Source of the DNA: an uncultured Methanosarcinales archaeon
Lineage (GTDB): Archaea; Nanobdellota; Nanobdellia; Woesearchaeales; JAGLXL01
Reading direction: 5' to 3'
NCBI GenBank assembly: GCA_964364045.1
Contig: CAYIKL010000001.1
Coordinates: forward strand, 24,633-88,632
Length of the DNA: 64,000 bases
This document shows positions 57,632 to 64,000 of this stretch, in pieces. A model generated the notes under the pieces. The model saw only the letters and a list, made by a program, of their open reading frames with translations. It was not told the DNA's origin and made no database searches. The number at the start of each line of letters is the position of its first letter. The first letter of the stretch is position 1. Made by a program: the position numbers and the translations under genes.

Positions 57632-57808
57632 ATGGCACGAGACGATAGGATACGGATGCCTTCGGGCATGGGCGGTTTGACGCGGTATTTTGAAGATTAT
57701 AAGAGCAAAATACAAATTTCTCCAGGCCATGTCATTGTGTTAACCATCATTATCACAATCATCATTATTCTTCTCCATATCTTTGGTGATTCTTTTCTAG
57801 GAGTGTAA
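57632..57808 (+). CDS. secG: Preprotein translocase subunit Sec61beta (SecG)
   Basis: MARDDRIRMPSGMGGLTRYFEDYKSKIQISPGHVIVLTIIITIIIILL matches archaeal Sec-beta. The longer ORF-track start overlaps rnpB and is rejected. Confidence 0.75.
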   Translation: MARDDRIRMPSGMGGLTRYFEDYKSKIQISPGHVIVLTIIITIIIILLHIFGDSFLGV

Positions 57809-57809
57809 G

Positions 57810-58136
57810 ATGTTTCCAGGAATGAATCCACGCGCAATGAAGCAGGCCATGAAGAAGCTCGGCATGCAGCAAGTTGACATAGAAGCTTCTGAAGTGATTA
57901 TAAAGACCGCAGACAAAGAAATCATCTTCTCAAACCCACAGGTGAGCAAGATCAACATGATGGGCCAGGAAACATGGCAGATAACCGGTGAAGCGCATGA
58001 ACGAACAAAAGAGATGTTCACTGCAGATGATGTAAAGACCGTTATGGAACAGGCGAATGTTACCGAAGAAAGGGCAAAAGAGGCATTGGAAGAAACAAAT
58101 GGGGATTTAGCGGAAGCAATTTTAAAGTTGAAATGA
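57810..58136 (+). CDS. nac: Nascent polypeptide-associated complex protein (NAC alpha, UBA)
   Basis: NPRAMKQAMKKLGMQQVDIEASEVIIKT..., with a C-terminal UBA (EERAKEALEETNGDLAEAI). Confidence 0.8.
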   Translation: MFPGMNPRAMKQAMKKLGMQQVDIEASEVIIKTADKEIIFSNPQVSKINMMGQETWQITGEAHERTKEMFTADDVKTVMEQANVTEERAKEALEETNGDLAEAILKLK

Positions 58137-58507
58137 GAATACTTCTTGTTGATGATAGTAGAGCTGATCGTTTTCGTATAAGGAAACTATTGGAGAAATT
58201 GGATGATTCCGACGTTGAAGAAGCCTGCGATGGAACAGAAGCAGTAACAAAAGCTTCTGGTCTGCCTCATCTTGTTCTTATGGATACATATATGCCCGGT
58301 ATGAAAGGCTACGAAGCCTGCGCGCAAATACGAAGCAAACCATACGGCAAATTCATGGCCATCATAGGAATGTCTTCAATGCCTCGTGCAAAAGAATGGA
58401 AAGCTGCCGGAGCAGATGATTTTATCGATAAGACTAATCTTCTTGAGGGAGATGGTGCAGAATTTGAGGGAAGAATTATGGCGGCAGTAGGTAAATACAA
58501 AAAGTAG
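58133..58507 (+). CDS. Stand-alone response-regulator receiver (CheY-like)
   Basis: MRILLVDDS...LVLMDTYMPGMKGYE, with the conserved D and K of REC domains. Confidence 0.75.
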   Translation: MRILLVDDSRADRFRIRKLLEKLDDSDVEEACDGTEAVTKASGLPHLVLMDTYMPGMKGYEACAQIRSKPYGKFMAIIGMSSMPRAKEWKAAGADDFIDKTNLLEGDGAEFEGRIMAAVGKYKK

Positions 58508-58544
58508 AGCAAGTTATTTATACTCCCCTTCATTCACCACTCCC

Positions 58545-59051
58545 ATGGAAAGATTTCAGGAAGCGCGGCAGAAAGCGCTTGCAAATCTCAAGGCAGCCGA
58601 CCACATCCTGAACGTCACGTATCCATTGCTCAAAGACACGCGATTGCTTCTTGGCGTTTTAGATAGCATTTTTCTCTCCGTAACAAATTCGATGTCAGCG
58701 ATCTTACGGTATGAGCTATTTTTCAAGGAAATCCCGCCATTCCACGACAACTTCGAGAGCAAACTCACCGTGTTCCAGCAATGCGCTCAAAAATACAGTA
58801 TCAACACAGAGTACATCAAGCTGATGCGTGAGATAAAAGATATCATCGTCCTTCACCGGAAAAGCAAGATCGAGTTCAGAAAACAAGACCGATTCATCAT
58901 CTGCAGTGATGATTACGCCGTCACCACCGTCACCGCAAACCAGCTGAAAGATTACATAAAAAAAGCAAAAGAGCTTTTCATGCTTATGGATAACATTGTC
59001 GAACATGAACGAATACTTAGAGGAAGCGAAGGAAGAATTGAAGCGCGTTGA
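58545..59051 (+). CDS. Hypothetical helical protein, paralog A
   Basis: The N-terminal motif ALANLKAADHILNVTYPLLKDTRLL is shared with paralog B (LKRVDHIIYVSLKYTRTVDII). Confidence 0.4.
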   Translation: MERFQEARQKALANLKAADHILNVTYPLLKDTRLLLGVLDSIFLSVTNSMSAILRYELFFKEIPPFHDNFESKLTVFQQCAQKYSINTEYIKLMREIKDIIVLHRKSKIEFRKQDRFIICSDDYAVTTVTANQLKDYIKKAKELFMLMDNIVEHERILRGSEGRIEAR

Positions 59052-59475
59052 CCACATCATTTATGTGAGCCTGAAATACACGCGAACGGTTGACATAATC
59101 AGGAACGCATTGCACAGAATAATTAGTGCATTTGATTACACCATTGAAGGGATTTTATGGCACGATAAAGAAACAAAGAGAATAGCTCACGTTCCAAAGA
59201 CGCCCAGAGATAAGATCGACACGCTGGCAAAGCTGTACAAGGAAGACAAGCTTCTTAATCATTTCATTAAGTTTTATGTTTTTCTCCGCGAGCTGATCAA
59301 AGCGCCATACGCCAGGCGCGAGGAATATCGCCGCCATGTTACCATGATATCACAATTAAAGAACCAGACTGCAGAGATTGATATTGATGTGTTAGAGGAT
59401 AATTTTGACGAGATAGCCAAAAGCTTTCTCGAATATGCCGAAGTGCTTACTGGAGAGAGGAAGCCTGATGAGTAA
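58996..59475 (+). CDS. Hypothetical helical protein, paralog B
   Basis: Tandem, overlapping paralog of the preceding gene. Confidence 0.4.
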   Translation: MSNMNEYLEEAKEELKRVDHIIYVSLKYTRTVDIIRNALHRIISAFDYTIEGILWHDKETKRIAHVPKTPRDKIDTLAKLYKEDKLLNHFIKFYVFLRELIKAPYARREEYRRHVTMISQLKNQTAEIDIDVLEDNFDEIAKSFLEYAEVLTGERKPDE

Positions 59476-59923
59476 GATCCCTCCGGAAAAATGGTTAGAT
59501 AACGTGTTAAGGCGTGCAGAACGCTCAGTAAAACAATCACCGTTCCATCACAAAGTAGTATTCTGGCTGAGCATTATTGTCGTCGTCAAAGCAAATCTTG
59601 CTCTCTCTGCAGTGCTCGTTCCTTTTTTAGCCGCACTCAACCATCCATTTTTCGATTTTACCATCCTGCTTACTGCACTTCTGGTGGGTTTTTCGTATAA
59701 CTATCTGTTATCAAACGTCGCTCATCTGGAAAAAGGGCACTATTTTCTTGCTTTAGTGATCGTCCCGCTCATTGCCATCGCCAATGTCTTTCTGATAGGC
59801 AGTGTTGTTGAACAGTTCTTCCGCCCGCGTGCAGATTTGTGGCTTATCGCTGCATTATATGGGATAGTGTTTGTCTTGCCCTACGGAATTTCCTCAAGAA
59901 GATTTATAAAGAATTGGGCGTAA
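59435..59923 (+). CDS. Hypothetical membrane protein
   Basis: Four TM helices. Confidence 0.4.
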   Translation: MPKCLLERGSLMSKIPPEKWLDNVLRRAERSVKQSPFHHKVVFWLSIIVVVKANLALSAVLVPFLAALNHPFFDFTILLTALLVGFSYNYLLSNVAHLEKGHYFLALVIVPLIAIANVFLIGSVVEQFFRPRADLWLIAALYGIVFVLPYGISSRRFIKNWA

Positions 59924-59935
59924 TTCTGTGCTTAT

Positions 59936-60010
59936 GGCGGCCATAGTATATGGGTATTATCTCTGGCTGTGGCCCGGAGGAACTGGGTTCGAGTCCCAGT
60001 GGCCGCCCCA
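59936..60010 (+). tRNA. tRNA-His(GTG) with genome-encoded G-1 and 3' CCA
   Basis: G-1 precedes acceptor GCGGCCA/TGGCCGC. The anticodon arm is TCTGG-CTGTGGC-CCGGA (anticodon GTG) and the T-arm is CTGGG-TTCGAGT-CCCAG. The discriminator C pairs with G-1 and is followed by CCA. Confidence 0.75.
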
Positions 60011-60078
60011 TTCATTATTATTTATATAAACTATATAATTTCGTAACATTTAAAAAGAGACTCCTTTTTTCTTCTGGT

Positions 60079-60450
60079 ATGACTCATGCACTGGTTGTTG
60101 ATGATAATCGCAAGAGCGCAAGGCTCGTAGGTGAAATACTTAGTTATCATGGTCTTGAAGTGAGAACGGCACACTCCGTGCCGGAAGCGCTCGCGCAGGC
60201 GCAACATGAGCCTCCGAATCTTGTTGTAACTGATCTTCATATAGGGAGCGGCTGTGGCTACGAGTTAACTTCTGCTATAACAACACAATATCCGGGCGTT
60301 CCGGTCGTGATGATGAGTGGATGTGCTGCCCCGGACTGGCCGTCGCGGGCACGACAGAGCGGCGCATCTGAAACTTTGCAGAAGCCTTTTGAGATGAATG
60401 AACTCTTATCAGCTGTAGAAAGAGCTATGGCCGAAAAAAAATACTCATGA
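60079..60450 (+). CDS. Stand-alone response-regulator receiver
   Basis: ALVVDDNRKSARLVGEILSYHGLEVRTAHS...LVVTDLHIGSGCGYE. The start is moved downstream of the tRNA. Confidence 0.7.
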   Translation: MTHALVVDDNRKSARLVGEILSYHGLEVRTAHSVPEALAQAQHEPPNLVVTDLHIGSGCGYELTSAITTQYPGVPVVMMSGCAAPDWPSRARQSGASETLQKPFEMNELLSAVERAMAEKKYS

Positions 60451-60806
60451 CTATATTCTACGACTTAAAAGGAAGTTACCGAGTACATAACCAATCAACG
60501 CCAATAGAAGGCATGGTGGGTATAGCGGATGGTTCACTTACCGGCATTATTGAAGATGGAAATCTTCCTGGAGATATCTTCCTCATTGGTGAACTTCAGG
60601 AAAGAGAAAGTGGATCCCAAATTGCATGCGCACTTCCTTTAAATGGGGAGGCATATGGCGCTATCGCACAAAGAACTGGTGCAGAACCGGGATTTGAAGG
60701 GAAATACGAAGGGCTTTTTTTCCGTGTGGATGCTGCATCGGAGAAGACTCGCGAGTTCAAAGTTGCAGGAAAAATCCAATTCTCTCTCAAAGCAACCGAT
60801 AACTAG
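60447..60806 (+). CDS. Hypothetical protein
   Basis: ORF translationally coupled to the REC gene. Confidence 0.35.
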   Translation: MTIFYDLKGSYRVHNQSTPIEGMVGIADGSLTGIIEDGNLPGDIFLIGELQERESGSQIACALPLNGEAYGAIAQRTGAEPGFEGKYEGLFFRVDAASEKTREFKVAGKIQFSLKATDN

Positions 60807-60822
60807 AAACCTTTATAAAAAC
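60806..60822 (+). promoter_or_regulatory. BRE/TATA element GAAACCTTTATAAAAAC upstream of the pLGIC gene
   Basis: Same 13-mer core (AACCTTTATAAA) as at 57264 and 61812. Confidence 0.45.
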
Positions 60823-60853
60823 CCTTCAACACAAACAAGCCTGAGCAAAAGAG

Positions 60854-61765
60854 ATGATAAAGACGCGCAGGTTGTTTTTGGCAGTGTGCATGTTCTTTTT
60901 AATTGGAGTTGGAGCTGTCTCTGCTGAGAGCGAAACAGTTGGCGTGGGGTTGTACCTGATCAATATAGGCAATTACGATATTTCAAAAGGCACATATACA
61001 GCAGATTTCTACATTTATTTTAATTGCACGCAAAACTGTTCAGCATCCACTAATTTTGAATTTATAAACGGCCGGGCGGATTCCATTGATCCAAATGACA
61101 TCCTTGCCAATGAGCACTATTATCGTGTCTATGCAAGTCTCCTGAGCCCCGTTGATTTGAGAAAATTTCCATTTGACATCCAAAAATTTAACATTCTGAT
61201 TGAGGATAAACGGCGTACGACTGACGAACTCGTGTATGTTCCTCTGATTGATAAAAGCAGTGTTGACGAAGGGATTACAGCAACGGGATGGAAAGTTGTT
61301 AATTGGAGTGTAACAGCGAAAGACCATTATTATGCCGTCTACGATGAAACCTATTCCCAATACGTCTTTACGATGACGATGTCCCGCACAATCCTCAGTT
61401 CAGTCCTTAAAACCTTCCTTCCAGTGGTCTTTATTATTCTTATCGTCCTGTTTAGCTATATTCTCGGCCTTGATCAGCTGCCGAATCAGCTGACGCTGAT
61501 TGGTTCAGGCTTAGTTGCAGCTGTCATGTTCCACGTGTCCATTTCAAATGATTTGCCGCCACTGGGTTATCTGACATTTGCAGATAAATTCATGATACTT
61601 ACATATTTCGTCCTTCTCTCGACGATGATTATCAGCATCATTCTGCTCGTCCTTCTTGAGCATAAGAAGCGAAAGCTCGCATCCCGCATCCATAAGATAA
61701 CTGAACTGGCAGTATGGATTATTGTGCCTGCCATTTATTATATTCTATTCAATTTCTTTTTGTAG
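60854..61765 (+). CDS. Pentameric ligand-gated ion channel (pLGIC/Cys-loop receptor) homolog
   Basis: A signal peptide and a ~190 aa beta-rich ectodomain carry the loop signature LRKFPFDIQKFNILIED (the FPFD motif of pLGICs). Four TM segments follow, with an M2-like pore helix (LIGSGLVAAVMFHVSISNDLPP). The length is 303 aa, as in GLIC/ELIC. Confidence 0.65.
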   Translation: MIKTRRLFLAVCMFFLIGVGAVSAESETVGVGLYLINIGNYDISKGTYTADFYIYFNCTQNCSASTNFEFINGRADSIDPNDILANEHYYRVYASLLSPVDLRKFPFDIQKFNILIEDKRRTTDELVYVPLIDKSSVDEGITATGWKVVNWSVTAKDHYYAVYDETYSQYVFTMTMSRTILSSVLKTFLPVVFIILIVLFSYILGLDQLPNQLTLIGSGLVAAVMFHVSISNDLPPLGYLTFADKFMILTYFVLLSTMIISIILLVLLEHKKRKLASRIHKITELAVWIIVPAIYYILFNFFL

Positions 61766-61807
61766 GTTACCCCAGACGAACGGCGTCAATTGATTATATC
61801 TCCAATA

Positions 61808-61826
61808 ATAAGAAACCTTTATAAAC
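61808..61826 (+). promoter_or_regulatory. BRE/TATA element AAGAAACCTTTATAAACAA about 100 nt upstream of rpl3, leaving a leader for the L3 operon
   Basis: Same core motif; a longer 5' UTR is typical of r-protein operons. Confidence 0.4.
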
Positions 61827-61926
61827 AACCCCCTTACCAACACGGATAAGCCTGAAAAGGAGCCTCAATGGATCCATCAATAGGCTTTTACGACAGTAAA
61901 AGCGTATTTCTTTCAGGGGAATAAAA

Positions 61927-62877
61927 ATGCCAAGCCCATGTGCACCACGACGCGGAAGTTTGCAATTCTGGCCGCGCGTCCGAGCAAAACGTGAAGTTGC
62001 CCGCGTGAGACGATGGGCACCGCTCAAAGACACAAAGCCATTGGGCTTTCTGGGATATAAAGCAGGCATGTGTCATGTGATTGCTATTGATAATCGCCCA
62101 AAATCATTGAGCAAAGGCGAAGAGATCGCACTTCCTGTTACAATAGTTGAATGCCCCGCGATGAAAGTCGCTGGCGTTAATTTTTACCGGCACCATGCTG
62201 GTTATGCTCATCTGGTTTCTACCGTTTTATCCGACCTCAAAGACCTTTCATCCCTTCTTCAACCCTCAAAAAAGCCTGCAAGAAAAATAGAAGATGTCAA
62301 AGAGTTTGACGACCTCAGGCTTCTTGTCCATACACAGCCAAAGCAGACCGGAATTGGCACGAAAAAGCCAAAGTTCGTCGAGATGGCGATTGGCGGAACA
62401 AAAGACGAGAAGCTCAAGTATGCGGCCGAAAAATTAGGAAAAGAAATTGCTATTGAGGAAGTGTTTAAGGAAGGAAACCAAGTTGATGTGCACGCAGTCA
62501 CCAAAGGCAAAGGCTTCCAGGGGCCAGTAAAACGACATGGTGTCATGCTCCGCCACCATAAGTCGGAAAAAGCGCGAAGAGCAAACGTTCGTGGTTCATG
62601 GACGGGGCCAAGCATGTGGGCTGCCCCTCACAGCGGTCGTATGGGCTACAGCCAGCGTGTCGACCGCAACAAGCTGATTCTTAAAATCGGAAAAGAATTG
62701 TCCGAGATAAATCCTGCAGGCGGATTAATCAAGTATGGGGTAATCCGAACAAAATTCTTGCTGGTCAAAGGCTCATTGCCGGGAGCACGAAAAAGAGTCG
62801 TGACATTGACACAGTCAACGCGCGCGGACAAGAATGTACCGAAAGAAGCGCCCAACATAAAATCAATTATCATATGA
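61927..62877 (+). CDS. rpl3: Ribosomal protein L3 (uL3)
   Basis: PRRGSLQFWPRVRAKR...GYKAGMCHV...WTGPSMWAAPHSGRMG. Confidence 0.85.
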   Translation: MPSPCAPRRGSLQFWPRVRAKREVARVRRWAPLKDTKPLGFLGYKAGMCHVIAIDNRPKSLSKGEEIALPVTIVECPAMKVAGVNFYRHHAGYAHLVSTVLSDLKDLSSLLQPSKKPARKIEDVKEFDDLRLLVHTQPKQTGIGTKKPKFVEMAIGGTKDEKLKYAAEKLGKEIAIEEVFKEGNQVDVHAVTKGKGFQGPVKRHGVMLRHHKSEKARRANVRGSWTGPSMWAAPHSGRMGYSQRVDRNKLILKIGKELSEINPAGGLIKYGVIRTKFLLVKGSLPGARKRVVTLTQSTRADKNVPKEAPNIKSIII

Positions 62878-63680
62878 AACTGAAAAAATTGAGTGCGGAT
62901 GGAGAACAGAAAGGGCAGGTAGAGCTTCCCTCTCAGTTTGCTGAACCCATACGCACCGACTTGATCCTGCGTGCGGTCATTGCACTGCGCAGCAGGCATC
63001 GGCACCGCTATGGTGCACATCCAACCGCAGGAAAGCGTGCAAGCGCAAAGTTAAGCAGAAGGCGAAGAGACTACAAAGGCGCGTATGGACATGGCATTAG
63101 CCGTGTGCCGAGAAAAATATTAAGTCATCGTGGTTCGCGATTTAACTGGGTCGGCGCATTTGCTCCCGGCATGGTCAAAGGCCGCCGCTCACATCCTCCC
63201 AAGTCAAGTAAGTTATGGGGCGAGAAGATAAACAAAAAAGAAAATAGAAAAGCCATACGAAGCGCAATATCCGCAACCGTTGCAAAAGATGTGGTGAAGC
63301 AGCGCGGTCATCTCATTCCTGAGCATTACCCGTTTGTCGTTGACCATTCCATTGAACAGGCGTCAAAGGCCAAAGATGTTGTGGCCATCTTGAATAAGTT
63401 TGGATTTGGGAAAGAATTAGAGCGCGGTGCAGTGAAGAAAATCCGCGCCGGCAGAGGAAAGAGCCGTGGCAGGCCCTACAAGAAGAAAAAGAGCCTGCTG
63501 ATTGTCGTTGGAAATGACTGCCAGCTGGTCAGAGCTGCGCCAAACATCCCGGGTGTGGATGTCGTCAAAGTTAATGAGCTCAATGCAGAGACGCTCGCTC
63601 CTGGAGCGATGCCAGGCAGAGTAACGTTATGGAGCGAAAGCGCGCTTGACCGCTTAACAAAGGAAAAACTATTTACTTGA
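62874..63680 (+). CDS. rpl4: Ribosomal protein L4 (uL4)
   Basis: HRHRYGAHPTAGKRASAKLSRRRRDYKGAYGHGISRVPR. Confidence 0.85.
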   Translation: MKLKKLSADGEQKGQVELPSQFAEPIRTDLILRAVIALRSRHRHRYGAHPTAGKRASAKLSRRRRDYKGAYGHGISRVPRKILSHRGSRFNWVGAFAPGMVKGRRSHPPKSSKLWGEKINKKENRKAIRSAISATVAKDVVKQRGHLIPEHYPFVVDHSIEQASKAKDVVAILNKFGFGKELERGAVKKIRAGRGKSRGRPYKKKKSLLIVVGNDCQLVRAAPNIPGVDVVKVNELNAETLAPGAMPGRVTLWSESALDRLTKEKLFT

Positions 63681-63943
63681 ACATGGAACCCTACGAAATT
63701 ATCAAACACCCGCTGTCGACGGAAAAGAGCATAAGGATGCTTGAGGCAGAAAACAAGCTCGTCTTTTCTGTTCATCTAAAAGCAAAGAAGAAAGACGTGA
63801 AAGAAGCATTGGAAAAAATGTTTAACGTCAAGATTTTGAACGTCAATACGTTTATCACTCCAGGTGGCGAGAAACGTGCATACGTGAAGCTTGCTCCCGA
63901 ATTTCCGGCAATTGATATTGCAACTGATTTAGGGTTGATGTGA
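63677..63943 (+). CDS. rpl23: Ribosomal protein L23 (uL23)
   Basis: IIKHPLSTEKSIRMLEAENKLVFSV...NVNTFITPGGEKRAYVKL. Confidence 0.85.
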   Translation: MNMEPYEIIKHPLSTEKSIRMLEAENKLVFSVHLKAKKKDVKEALEKMFNVKILNVNTFITPGGEKRAYVKLAPEFPAIDIATDLGLM

Positions 63944-63957
63944 TACAATGGGTAAAT

Positions 63958-64000
63958 CACTTATTCAGCAAAAACGGGGAAAAGGATCATCGACCTACAT
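63958..64000 (+). CDS. rpl2: Ribosomal protein L2 (uL2), 5' fragment continuing beyond the window
   Basis: MGKSLIQQKRGKGSSTY, positioned after L23. Confidence 0.6.

Noticed and set aside
1-64000. CRISPR arrays, IS elements, integrases
   Set aside because: No direct-repeat/spacer periodicity and no transposase- or integrase-like ORFs were seen. The repeats present are coding low-complexity stretches (K/E tails, T/E linker, N-x-T tail, (TC)9).

Overview
This is an archaeal chromosomal window that looks like a reduced DPANN-type genome. It contains FEN-1, RFC small subunit, a fused PriS-type primase, PCNA, Hef, Pelota, archaeal PheS/PheT, tRNA-splicing endonuclease EndA, SecY/Sec61beta/NAC, an RNase P RNA and four tRNAs, two or three of them intron-containing.

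The centre (about 16.9-32.9 kb, minus strand) is one long co-directional ribosomal-protein supercluster running S13-S4-S11-Rpo3-tRNA-Leu-L18e-L13-S19-L22-S3-L29-SUI1-S17-L14-L24-S4e-L5-S14-S8-L6-L32e-L19e-L18-S5-L30-L15-SecY-DUF106-X-L34e-L14e. The L3-L4-L23-L2 genes sit separately at the far end of the window.

The most striking element is gene X. It is a full-length bacterial-type sigma-70 homolog with recognisable regions 1.2, 2, 3 and 4 plus a roughly 100-aa C-terminal extension. It lies between the DUF106 insertase gene and L34e, where archaea normally carry adk/cmk. A second, small protein with a sigma-70 region-4-like HTH lies just upstream of the S13 operon promoter region.

Other notable content:
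- A five-gene cell-envelope cluster with three tandem Cys-conserved lipobox-like secreted paralogs, a polytopic membrane protein and a type-II anchored protein.
- A compact pentameric ligand-gated ion channel (pLGIC) homolog next to two stand-alone REC domains.
- A secreted protein whose C-terminal ~100 aa are almost pure N-x-S/T sequons and whose signal peptide is encoded by a (TC)9 repeat.
- A tRNA-Leu(CAA) candidate with two non-canonical introns.
- A THUMP methyltransferase-like protein with degenerate catalytic motifs.
- A recurring ATTTATAAACC-type BRE/TATA promoter motif about 25 nt upstream of start codons, implying leaderless transcripts.

All calls rest on reading the translated ORFs and the nucleotide sequence by eye; no database search was run.
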